Assembly (NCBI GenBank): GCA_030602565.1
Contig: JAUVZL010000007.1
Span: 761 to 64,760 of the forward strand
Reading direction: 5' to 3'
DNA from: Candidatus Stahliibacteriota bacterium
GTDB taxonomy: Bacteria; Hydrothermota; Tepidihabitantia; SM23-42
Length of the DNA: 64,000 nt
Every line of letters starts with the position of its first letter. Position 1 is the stretch's first letter. The notes below the pieces were generated by a model that saw nothing but the letters and a program-made list of their open reading frames with translations, was not told the DNA's origin and did no database searches. Below, piece by piece: positions 1-8,042 of the stretch. A program made the position numbers and the translations under genes.

Positions 1-117
1 CTCGACCGAGTCCGCGATTCTTAAGCATCACTTCTTACCTTCTAATATGAATAGACTATAACAATACATTCGAATAAATATATACAGATATAGTAGTTTG
101 TCAAGTGTTATTTGTTA

Positions 118-522
118 CTATTTCTTAGGTAGATCAACGAGGGTTTGACCAGCAAAAGTTTCTTCTATGCATTCTGCAAGTTTTGCCCAGAGCTTCCGCG
201 TTGAACAGGTTCTTATTAAGGTACATACTTTCGGATTATCAAGGCAGTCAACCGGGGCAAATGATCCTTCCAGTATCTTATAGATAGCAGTGATTTTTAT
301 TTTCCTTGGGTCTTTGATCAGGAAATAACCACCCTTTGAACCTCTAGTTGCGCCGATCAAGCCCGCGGTACGCAATGTAATAACGATTTGCTCAAGGTAT
401 TTCTTGGAGATTCTTTCACATTCTGCGATGTCTTTAAGCAGGACCAGTCCTTTTCCATAACTCGCTGCTAAATCGACGAGAAGCCTTAATCCGTAACGGA
501 ATCGTGATGATACTTTCATCAT
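118..522 (-). CDS. Rrf2 family transcriptional regulator (IscR-like, 3 Cys ligands near C-terminus)
   Basis: 134 aa; N-terminal wHTH signature SRFRYGLRLL..GATRGSKGGY typical of Rrf2; Cys cluster CxxxxxxCxxxxxC. Confidence 0.8.
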   Translation of the reverse strand: MMKVSSRFRYGLRLLVDLAASYGKGLVLLKDIAECERISKKYLEQIVITLRTAGLIGATRGSKGGYFLIKDPRKIKITAIYKILEGSFAPVDCLDNPKVCTLIRTCSTRKLWAKLAECIEETFAGQTLVDLPKK

Positions 523-555
523 ATCCTTTCTTTTTAAGTCTCAAACGACATGTAT

Positions 556-945
556 TCAATTCCCCAAATATATTATTACTGTATCGACAGGTCCGCGGAG
601 ATTAGGGTACCAGGCAGTATCAGACCAAGTTGGATTGTCCACACTATCTATAAACATAGTCACATAGGTTACCCCCTGGATTTTGGTCGTGCCGTAACAG
701 ACACTGTCTATTTCAAAGTAACCAGGTAGAGAATCTTTAGTCTGAGTTATTAATGTGCGGTCACGCAGTACCTCGAGATCATGCGGGTTTATGTCTCTTA
801 TTTTTATTGTTAAGCCATTTATTCCAGTAGAATCACTTGTTTTATAAGCCCAACCGTACACATACGATAAAAGCGGTTCTTCGCCATCTGTACAATTGAT
901 ACATACAAACATGAAAAGAAATAGTAATATTGTAATTTTTTTCAT
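556..945 (-). CDS. small lipoprotein, carboxypeptidase-regulatory-like beta-sandwich (inferred)
   Basis: 129 aa; signal peptide ending in Cys (lipobox-like CINC); pattern resembles CarboxypepD_reg domain. Confidence 0.45.
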   Translation of the reverse strand: MKKITILLFLFMFVCINCTDGEEPLLSYVYGWAYKTSDSTGINGLTIKIRDINPHDLEVLRDRTLITQTKDSLPGYFEIDSVCYGTTKIQGVTYVTMFIDSVDNPTWSDTAWYPNLRGPVDTVIIYLGN

Positions 946-978
946 ATTGATTCTCCCTATTTATTATATGTATTACCC

Positions 979-1006
979 TTGCAATGTCAAGATATATATG
1001 TATAAT
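979..1006 (+). promoter_or_regulatory. sigma70-like promoter TTGCAA-16-TATAAT, -10 ends 9 nt before ATG 1016
   Basis: hexamers read directly; no SD between -10 and ATG, consistent with a leaderless transcript. Confidence 0.4.
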
Positions 1007-1015
1007 GATGCAAAT

Positions 1016-2104
1016 ATGAAGGTACTCATCCTGGCCGTACCGATCGGCGCCGGACATCTTAAGGCAGCAAAGGCGATTGAGCAAGCACTACATGAGATTG
1101 ATCCGAATATAGATGTGAGGTTTGAGAATTGTTTTAAATGGGTACAACCTATATATGGTTATTCATACAAGAAGATTTACGATTTCGGTCAAAAGAAGGC
1201 TCGGCGATTACTCAAGTTTCTCTATGGCGGGGTTGGTGTAAGTACCGGGGCATCGCCGTTTCTTTATCGTATGCATAAGGTTCTGGCTCATCGCTTCAGA
1301 ATCTTGCTTGATGAATATAAACCAGACTATATACTGTGCACACATTTTTCTCCAGGTTATTTTGCAGCTCTTTATGAAAATAACCATAACTACAGAATAG
1401 GGATTGTTGTGACCGATTATTATGTGCACCCACATTGGGTTAATAAGGAGATAGACGATTATTTCATACCACATGAATTCTTAACTGAGCAGATCATGGC
1501 TTATGGTGTGAAGCGAGAGCAGGTTTTTCCCTTTGGCATACCGGTCGCCCTTGAATTGGAGCAAGATATCGATGAGGAAGCTGCGCGCAAGCGCTTTGGT
1601 TTATCAAAAAACAGGGTTTCTGCTACGGTGATGGGAAGTAGGGTTTTTGGCGGAGAGTGGTTTGAACTAGTAAAGAGAATCGTCGATTTTGACTATGACC
1701 TATTGGTTTTGTGTGGCGATAACAATGAGGTCATGGGCAGGGTTAAGAAATTAAAGGGTAAATCACATTTGAGTACCTACGGTATGGTTGAGCGGATCCA
1801 TGAGTTGATCGGGACTACCGATATACTCATTACCAAAGCGGGTGGCATAACTTCAACTGAAGCATCTAAGGTTGGACCATGCCTTTTGTTTGCGAATTCG
1901 ATCGTCGGCTTAGAGAATATGAACGAGGATTTCTTCATAAGCCACAATGCCGCAATACGGCTTACCCTGGAAAACGCAAGTTCAGTAATAGCTGATCTCT
2001 TATTCCATCCTGAGAAAATGACAGCAATGAGGAAGAACTTGAAGGATATCGGGAAGAGAGAGACAACGCTCAATATCGCCAAGACGATTCTCCATGGAAC
2101 TTGA
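1016..2104 (+). CDS. MGDG-synthase family glycosyltransferase (diacylglycerol glycosyltransferase-like, GT28)
   Basis: N-terminus MKVLILAVPIGAGHLKAAKAI typical of MGDG_synth N-domain; C-terminal GT-B half; ORF track start 896 rejected in favour of ATG 1016. Confidence 0.7.
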   Translation: MKVLILAVPIGAGHLKAAKAIEQALHEIDPNIDVRFENCFKWVQPIYGYSYKKIYDFGQKKARRLLKFLYGGVGVSTGASPFLYRMHKVLAHRFRILLDEYKPDYILCTHFSPGYFAALYENNHNYRIGIVVTDYYVHPHWVNKEIDDYFIPHEFLTEQIMAYGVKREQVFPFGIPVALELEQDIDEEAARKRFGLSKNRVSATVMGSRVFGGEWFELVKRIVDFDYDLLVLCGDNNEVMGRVKKLKGKSHLSTYGMVERIHELIGTTDILITKAGGITSTEASKVGPCLLFANSIVGLENMNEDFFISHNAAIRLTLENASSVIADLLFHPEKMTAMRKNLKDIGKRETTLNIAKTILHGT

Positions 2105-2429
2105 AGAGTTTGAAAAAGTTGTTGAGCGTGCATTAGCGACTTTACCAGATTTTATCCGCAGCAAACTCCAGAATATCGATATTGTAATTGAAGAACAACC
2201 GATTCTTCATAAATCATTGCTGGGTCTTTATCAGGGAGTGCCTTTGAAAAAGCGGGGCGTTTGGTACGGCAATGTGATGCCCGATAAGATTACCTTATTC
2301 AAGAAGAACATAGAGCGGATAAGTAGTAATGAAGAAGAACTAAGACACTGGATTCACCGGGTCATAATCCACGAAATCGGACACTACTTCGGGTTTGATG
2401 AGGAAGGACTGAGACAAAGCGGATACTGA
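2094..2429 (+). CDS. zincin-like metallopeptidase family protein (Zincin_1/DUF1025 type)
   Basis: 111 aa; whole-length resemblance to the family, C-terminal HEIGHYFGFDEEG HExxH motif. Confidence 0.75.
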   Translation: MELEEFEKVVERALATLPDFIRSKLQNIDIVIEEQPILHKSLLGLYQGVPLKKRGVWYGNVMPDKITLFKKNIERISSNEEELRHWIHRVIIHEIGHYFGFDEEGLRQSGY

Positions 2430-2528
2430 AGTGAGTTTTGGAGTATCGGAGTACCGGAGTATCGGAGTACCGGAGTATGGGAGTAACGGAGAATAGGAGT
2501 AACGGTGAAACAGGACTAACGAGTAGAC
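2425..2528. repeat. degenerate 8-bp periodic tandem array (GAGTAxCG x ~11) with leader ACTGAAGTGAGT
   Basis: gagtatcg gagtaccg gagtatcg gagtaccg gagtatgg gagtaacg ... read directly; starts at stop codon of upstream gene. Confidence 0.8.
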
Positions 2529-2666
2529 TTTAAGGAGTAGTGTATCCTACTGAGGGCACGATTAATAATATCACTGTAATCTTTCTTCCATCACCGTCAT
2601 CGATTTAACCGTAGGTTAAAATGAACTTTTTTTTATCAAAATGGATTATTAATAATAGGAGGTAAG

Positions 2667-4796
2667 ATGAAGAAATTTCAACTATTTCTTGTTCTTGTTA
2701 TATTGGTTTTGTTGAGTTGTGCACCGACATATGTTGAGAGTATTGTTACATCACAAGGTACAGTTTTGGAAATAGACGGAGCTCGATTTGAAATACCGGA
2801 AAACAGTGTTCGGGATTCTACGTGGATCAGGATTGAGAAAAAGGGCGTGGCAAAGAAAAACTATGAACAGGGATATCGTATCAAAGGTGAATCTTTTGTC
2901 ATAAGCCCAGAGACATTGTTTTTTGAGAAACCTTTGCGGTTTTCTTTGCCAGTCAAGGACTCAAACGCTGCATTAGGCGCTAAAATAGGCAGTGGGTTCG
3001 TTTCTTTGGCAAGTTCGTTTGTTGAGGGTGAAACACTGCGGGCGCAGCTACGGCACGGCGGTGAATACTACCTTATAAGTAAACCTGCAGCATACGGCAT
3101 AAGAGATCATTCAGAGACTAAAGAGGGGCTGCTCATTGTCAGTGATATATACGTGAGTGATTATATCAAGAATTTCAAAAAGGTATTAAGGCAGGGCGGT
3201 TATGATTTTCCGATATGGACATTTGTTTATTCAAATGACAATTCAATTGAAGAAAATGCTAAATTTCTCGCTGAAGAACTTAAGACATTACATGAACAAT
3301 ACGGCAATTTCCGCCTTGATATCGTGAGTTTTGGTATTGGTGGCTTAATTGCACACCGCTATATTGCAGATACAATGACATATCAAAGAGACATTTCGCC
3401 CGCAATTATTGCAGTAGGTACACCTTTTTTCGGTTCGAGCTTTGCGAATATTGATAGTATTAAGAAAGCAAAAAGCCCTTATCGTTTCTTTTTTGTTGAT
3501 GGTATGGGAGAAAATGCAAAAGACTTAGAACCTGAATCAGATTTTATCACCTGGCTAAAAAAACATAAAGGTTTACGTGGCGGTTGGTTAAAAGATCCTG
3601 AGGAAGATAAAAACCCTGCTTCTATTAGAGGAAAATTTGGGTTTCCTGGAGAGTTAACCGAAGAAAAAGATGGTGATGGATTGGTTTCTTTATCTTCCAC
3701 AATGCTGACACCAATTGAGCCAGATCCATTCCCTTTAAGTCATTTTGATCTATTTGAAGACAGTGATGTTCATGAAGTAACTAGTGAATTTGTTCAACTG
3801 TATCGTAGTTTTGCGTGGATGGATTTTTTTCTTAAGGTCTGGGAAGAAGATGAACCATTTTCAGAAATCAGCAAGCTCTGGGAAAGAGAAATAAAATTAC
3901 ATTATCGAAATACGATCGATTTTGAAATATTGCTTGAATGGAATGAGAATATGCTGAAGTCGACACCTGAAAATGCTATCCTCATAACTAATGGCGATAA
4001 TGATACTTATCCTGCCTGGTTTCTTCAAGAAAAAGGTATTAGAGACGATATTATAGTAGTAAACCGCAACCTTTTAAATTTAAATGAATACGTACGTTTC
4101 CTTCTCAAACGCGGTTTACCTTTGGACCTCAGTGAAGAGGATTTGGATAGTCTGAAGCATAAGAAGAACGGTGAATTTATCACCAAGTCTGACCAACTTA
4201 TTGTGATGCTTATCGAGCAGAATGAACGACCTTTGGTTTTCTCAACAACCGTATATAGCCCCCAACTTTATGGTTATCCCTTGGAACTTGTTGGAAAAGT
4301 CTATGAAATTGCCGAAGAGAAAGGCGTTGACATAGTCAGGACAACAAAATTACTATATGAGGAGTTCAGTTATGATAAGGTTTCTTCGGTTCCTTTTGAA
4401 TCCTTGAGCGAACCTATTCAACAGTTATGTGGCAACTATGCGGCTTGTGCTCATGAGTTATCAATTGCACTTTTAGATGAAGAAAGATATGATGAAGCAC
4501 TAGCGGCTAATGCATTTGCAAAACGATTCGTAGGTTCTGAGAGTAGTATCATTTTATATTATAATGATGCGCTCATTTTTCTCAAACTCAATAATAAAGA
4601 AAAAGCTGACAGTGCTTTTCGACGATTGCTTAGCAAAGCAGACACTGGTGTTTTGATGAAGAAAAACATTGCAAAATATTATTACGAGATGGATATGAAA
4701 GAAGAAGCCATAAGAATACTTGCCGAGTGTTTGAAGGAAAACCCTGGTGACAGTGAACTCCCTGAGTTAATCAAGAAATACCAGGAGGGCTTATAG
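2667..4796 (+). CDS. secreted/lipoprotein with alpha/beta-hydrolase-like domain (DUF676/PGAP1-like) and C-terminal TPR-like repeats
   Basis: 709 aa; signal peptide with Cys (LLSCAPT); nucleophile-elbow-like segment IVSFGIGGL; helical repeat C-terminus. Confidence 0.45.
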   Translation: MKKFQLFLVLVILVLLSCAPTYVESIVTSQGTVLEIDGARFEIPENSVRDSTWIRIEKKGVAKKNYEQGYRIKGESFVISPETLFFEKPLRFSLPVKDSNAALGAKIGSGFVSLASSFVEGETLRAQLRHGGEYYLISKPAAYGIRDHSETKEGLLIVSDIYVSDYIKNFKKVLRQGGYDFPIWTFVYSNDNSIEENAKFLAEELKTLHEQYGNFRLDIVSFGIGGLIAHRYIADTMTYQRDISPAIIAVGTPFFGSSFANIDSIKKAKSPYRFFFVDGMGENAKDLEPESDFITWLKKHKGLRGGWLKDPEEDKNPASIRGKFGFPGELTEEKDGDGLVSLSSTMLTPIEPDPFPLSHFDLFEDSDVHEVTSEFVQLYRSFAWMDFFLKVWEEDEPFSEISKLWEREIKLHYRNTIDFEILLEWNENMLKSTPENAILITNGDNDTYPAWFLQEKGIRDDIIVVNRNLLNLNEYVRFLLKRGLPLDLSEEDLDSLKHKKNGEFITKSDQLIVMLIEQNERPLVFSTTVYSPQLYGYPLELVGKVYEIAEEKGVDIVRTTKLLYEEFSYDKVSSVPFESLSEPIQQLCGNYAACAHELSIALLDEERYDEALAANAFAKRFVGSESSIILYYNDALIFLKLNNKEKADSAFRRLLSKADTGVLMKKNIAKYYYEMDMKEEAIRILAECLKENPGDSELPELIKKYQEGL

Positions 4797-5335
4797 ACTA
4801 TACTGAGCTTGAGCCGTTTGCACTCTACAAATTATTCAAAGATGGTGATGAAAGAGCATTTGAGATATTATATCAGAGGTTTAATTCAGGGTTGTTCAAT
4901 TATTGTGTGCGGCTGCTCGGTGACTGGCATTATGCTGAGGATGTTTTGGTTGAAACATTCACAAAACTAGCGCACTCAAGCTTGAATGATAAAGGCAGTC
5001 TGAAAGCATGGTTGTACCGTGTGGCAACAAATAGCTGCTACCGGGTTTTCAGGAAAAAGAGGGGAGAGGTTTGTTTTTCAGAAGAAGAGTGTAAGGCAGG
5101 TATTCCAGACCATGGTCCACGTCTTCTTAAGGAAGTGAGGGTTCAGAAAATACTCAATGAACTGCCTGAAAAGCAAAGGGTCGTTGTTTTGTTGAAATTC
5201 TATGAAGACATGAGCTATCAGGAAATTGCGGATATTTTAGGTTGCCCTCTTGGTACGGTTAAATCAAGGATACATGAAGGTATAGGGAAGTTGAGAAAGA
5301 TGATTAAACAGAGAAATGATTATGCAGGAAAATAA
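4793..5335 (+). CDS. ECF (RpoE-like) RNA polymerase sigma-70 factor; start codon uncertain (no ATG/GTG/TTG upstream of conserved region 2)
   Basis: region 2 LYKLFKDGDERAFEILYQRFNSGLFNYCVRLLGDWHYAEDVLVETF and region 4 EIADILGCPLGTVKSRIHEGIGKLRK; frame open from 4766; only ATA at 4793 after AGGAGGG. Confidence 0.7.
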   Translation: MDYTELEPFALYKLFKDGDERAFEILYQRFNSGLFNYCVRLLGDWHYAEDVLVETFTKLAHSSLNDKGSLKAWLYRVATNSCYRVFRKKRGEVCFSEEECKAGIPDHGPRLLKEVRVQKILNELPEKQRVVVLLKFYEDMSYQEIADILGCPLGTVKSRIHEGIGKLRKMIKQRNDYAGK

Positions 5336-5347
5336 TAATAAGGTAGC

Positions 5348-5419
5348 CCCTCGATTAACTTGGGACACTGAATTTTCAAGCAAAGAAGTCCCTCGATTAA
5401 CTCGGGACACTAAATTTTG
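5348..5419. repeat. two 31-bp direct repeats (CCCTCGATTAACTYGGGACACTRAATTTT), period 41 bp, between sigma and anti-sigma genes
   Basis: 5348-5378 and 5389-5419, 2 mismatches; each contains GTCCC-N11-GGGAC inverted arms; related copy 6121-6142. Confidence 0.8.
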
Positions 5420-5460
5420 CAGTCAAATATGAAATTTGAGCAAAATTTGTGGAGGTATGA

Positions 5461-5901
5461 ATGAAATGCCAAGATATTAGGAGTTCTCTTGATGATTATA
5501 TTCTGGGGGATCTCGATTCAGATACTGAAATACAGATGAATGAACACCTTAGCGAATGCAAGGAGTGCGCAGAGGAATTAACCAAAAGGGAAGCAGCATT
5601 TAACATCGTGAAAAGCTCGGCAAGATTCGAGCCATCGGCTGAAATATTTAGGCGTATTAAGAGACAAATATTCATACAGAGGAAGCAACGAAGATCACTG
5701 TGGATTTTCCCGAAGAGCTTTGCTTATGCTGTGGTTGCTTTTTTGTTTGGAATTGCGCTTATGAAATCTCTCGATGTCTTTATTCTAAAACCCGCAGAGC
5801 GTCCCCGGGTTGAGATAAAATACGAAACGCGGCATGAAGAACCATTTGTAGATACAGTGGAGTTTTATCATGCACCGGCTAAGAACCTGGCTAGAATATA
5901 G
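5461..5901 (+). CDS. anti-sigma factor, zf-HC2 type with one TM segment
   Basis: 146 aa; HLSECKECAEEL (HxxxCxxC) near N-terminus, hydrophobic helix AYAVVAFLFGIALM; directly downstream of ECF sigma. Confidence 0.65.
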   Translation: MKCQDIRSSLDDYILGDLDSDTEIQMNEHLSECKECAEELTKREAAFNIVKSSARFEPSAEIFRRIKRQIFIQRKQRRSLWIFPKSFAYAVVAFLFGIALMKSLDVFILKPAERPRVEIKYETRHEEPFVDTVEFYHAPAKNLARI

Positions 5902-5967
5902 GAGTAACTGAAGTGAGTAACGGGGTGTCGGGGTAATGGTGTATCGGGGAAACGGTGTAACGGAGCA
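5902..5967. repeat. 8-bp periodic degenerate array with same leader ACTGAAGTGAGT
   Basis: gagtaact gaagtgag taacgggg tgtcgggg taatggtg tatcgggg aaacggtg taacggag; immediately after anti-sigma stop. Confidence 0.75.
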
Positions 5968-6354
5968 TAAAAGAAAACATTGTAGTTGTCTGATTTATCA
6001 GACATTGCCCGATGAATCCCGCTCCTTCATAAGGGGCGTGGATGAATCGGGCGACTACCAGGAACTAAGTTCCAAGAACATAATTACTTAATAACTGAAT
6101 GATGCTAAGCATAGAAGTGATCCCTCGACTTGCTCGGGATGGAAATGATCCACGCACTTTCATCAAAAGTGCGGGATGGAATGGATTCTTCGAATGGAAT
6201 AATTCGAAATATTCCAGCGTAGCTCCCTTCCAGTACTGTGTACTTCTTTCCAGCCAATGGCTCCTTTCCAGCCGAAGGTCTCGTCGAAGATATCGAACGG
6301 CGTGAGATGAGTTTTTCGAGAGGCAGTGCCATTTCTTCTTGTTTCTTGGAATTT

Positions 6355-6397
6355 GTCTTTAGGTATTTAGGAATTTAGGTGTTTAGGTATTTGATAC
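6355..6397. repeat. tandem 8-bp repeat GTNTTTAG x5
   Basis: gtctttag gtatttag gaatttag gtgtttag gtatttga; reverse-complement-related copy next to tRNA at 17418-17455. Confidence 0.75.
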
Positions 6398-6422
6398 ATT
6401 CTCTCTTCCAATCCGTTAGGAT

Positions 6423-7001
6423 TCAAAGGTCTTCCAGTTCTTTTTTTGCTGAGTCAGCGAGGATTTTGCTGATTAAGGGGTTTTTCAGAATGGCTTGAAG
6501 TTTCTCACCGATATCATAATTTCTTTCTTTGACTTTAACTAAGAATTTCTTTACTACTGCATAACTCGGGTTAACCTTTTTCAACTCATCTATTATTTCT
6601 TTTATCCCTTCTATAATGAGTTCTTTCAAATCACTGTTTATGCTGTCATCAACTTCTGTAGCATCTATAAGGAGGGTGAATTGATTAAATACATTGTCCG
6701 GTGGCGATGCTCTTTTGACAGCTGGAAACATGATATCAAATTCGTACTCGTTTTCTACAAGATCAATGCCCCGGTAGGTGATTCGTGCTCCGACAAAAAG
6801 GCTGCCTTCAAGAGGTTTTTGCAGTTCTATGAGACCTTTGTCTTCAAGGTATATCATATTGTAGTTCAGATCTCTAAGACTGATGCCCAATTGCTCTTTG
6901 AATTCCTTTGGGGTTGTTCTATTATACGGGTGTTCGACAAATCGCTCATAGAGTATTTCTAGAATCCTACGTCTTACTTTGATTTTATCCATTACTTCCA
7001 T
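6423..7001 (-). CDS. hypothetical protein (possible N-terminal winged-helix)
   Basis: 192 aa ORF, no recognisable catalytic motif. Confidence 0.4.
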   Translation of the reverse strand: MEVMDKIKVRRRILEILYERFVEHPYNRTTPKEFKEQLGISLRDLNYNMIYLEDKGLIELQKPLEGSLFVGARITYRGIDLVENEYEFDIMFPAVKRASPPDNVFNQFTLLIDATEVDDSINSDLKELIIEGIKEIIDELKKVNPSYAVVKKFLVKVKERNYDIGEKLQAILKNPLISKILADSAKKELEDL

Positions 7002-7012
7002 TCAAATTGGTG

Positions 7013-7801
7013 TTAGAGCTTTGTTTGCTCACAGAATTTTTCAAAAATCCGGGAAGGCCGGCGTTTTAAGAATCGATCCTGTGCATCTTTGTCTTCGATG
7101 AATTTTAGAATCCAATCTCTATTCGCTTTTGCCATTTTGCCGTATTCCATTGTTTTCTCCGGTTCGCCCGTGACAAAAATAAGTTTTTCTGAACGGAATA
7201 TGAGATCCCTCAGTTTGGCAAATTCGTCTTTCCGGTCAAGGAATTGATTTTCATACTGACGTTTAATCTTTTTTTCTGTTAGTATCTTATAGAATTCATT
7301 CTTGTTTTCGAGAAGCCTTTCACAATCAAAAAAGTTTTTGTTAAGCTCATAGCAGTTTTGGTCGATGAATATTTCACCGACCGGTGCTTTTTCTTCAAGT
7401 AAAGAGGCAGTATCAATAACCGGGCCGTAGACGTTACCGTCTTCACAAATCACTTCGCCGGTGGCAATACCGAGATGAGTGCCCATTAACTGAGTGATTT
7501 CTTTTGTAGCTTCCAATATTCTTAAGCCGCTTAGAACCGCGCTATACGAATCATAGCCATGCGATTTCGGGAAGCCAAAGATCGCCATGACACGGTCGCC
7601 TTCGTGGCGCAAAACAGTGCCGTCATGGATGTGGATTATCGAATCCAGGGTTCTGAAGCACTCGTTGACAAATTCGGCGATTCTTTCAGGTCCCAGTTTT
7701 GAGGTTAGCTCAGTAAATCCAGTAAGGTCTGCATAGAGGATTGTGGCAAGTCTTTTTTCCCTCACGATAAGTATTATACCTAAAAAAGGAATATTAGTCA
7801 A
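7013..7801 (-). CDS. class III adenylate/guanylate cyclase domain protein
   Basis: RLATILYADLTGFTELT ... VLRHEGDRVMAIFGFP cyclase homology domain signatures; TTG start. Confidence 0.75.
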   Translation of the reverse strand: MTNIPFLGIILIVREKRLATILYADLTGFTELTSKLGPERIAEFVNECFRTLDSIIHIHDGTVLRHEGDRVMAIFGFPKSHGYDSYSAVLSGLRILEATKEITQLMGTHLGIATGEVICEDGNVYGPVIDTASLLEEKAPVGEIFIDQNCYELNKNFFDCERLLENKNEFYKILTEKKIKRQYENQFLDRKDEFAKLRDLIFRSEKLIFVTGEPEKTMEYGKMAKANRDWILKFIEDKDAQDRFLKRRPSRIFEKFCEQTKL

Positions 7802-7879
7802 TGATTGACCGTAAGGATAGGATGCACTAGGAACTAGAAGGTGAGCGGCAAGAGAAGCGTCATTAAGTCACTCAACTGT

Positions 7880-7912
7880 GTATTGGGGTAACGGAGTACC
7901 GGTGTATCGGTG
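7880..7912. repeat. short 8-bp periodic array (tattgggg taacggag taccggtg tatcggtg)
   Basis: same unit family as 2425-2528 and 5902-5967. Confidence 0.6.
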
Positions 7913-8042
7913 AAAAAGAACAAATAAAAAAACCAAATAAACTAAAGAAACTAAATAGACTAAAGAAACGATATTAACGATCACAACGCCTATCTATGCG
8001 CATTCAATATTGACTTTCGGATTTTTTAGGATATCATTCAGT

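Noticed and set aside
896-1015. N-terminal extension of the glycosyltransferase ORF (MIHTNMKRNSNIVIFF...)
   Set aside because: Overlaps the upstream minus-strand lipoprotein gene and a TTGCAA-16-TATAAT promoter. The conserved family N-terminus begins at ATG 1016.
4766-4796. Programmed -1 frameshift fusing the 709-aa TPR protein to the ECF sigma factor
   Set aside because: No slippery heptamer at the overlap. The fusion is biologically implausible, and a non-canonical start or sequencing indel is more likely.
6099-6332. 68-aa and 75-aa ORFs on opposite strands in the 520-bp spacer after the anti-sigma gene
   Set aside because: Mutually overlapping, no SD, low-complexity Arg/Ser-rich translations. 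The region instead carries repeat copies and palindromes.
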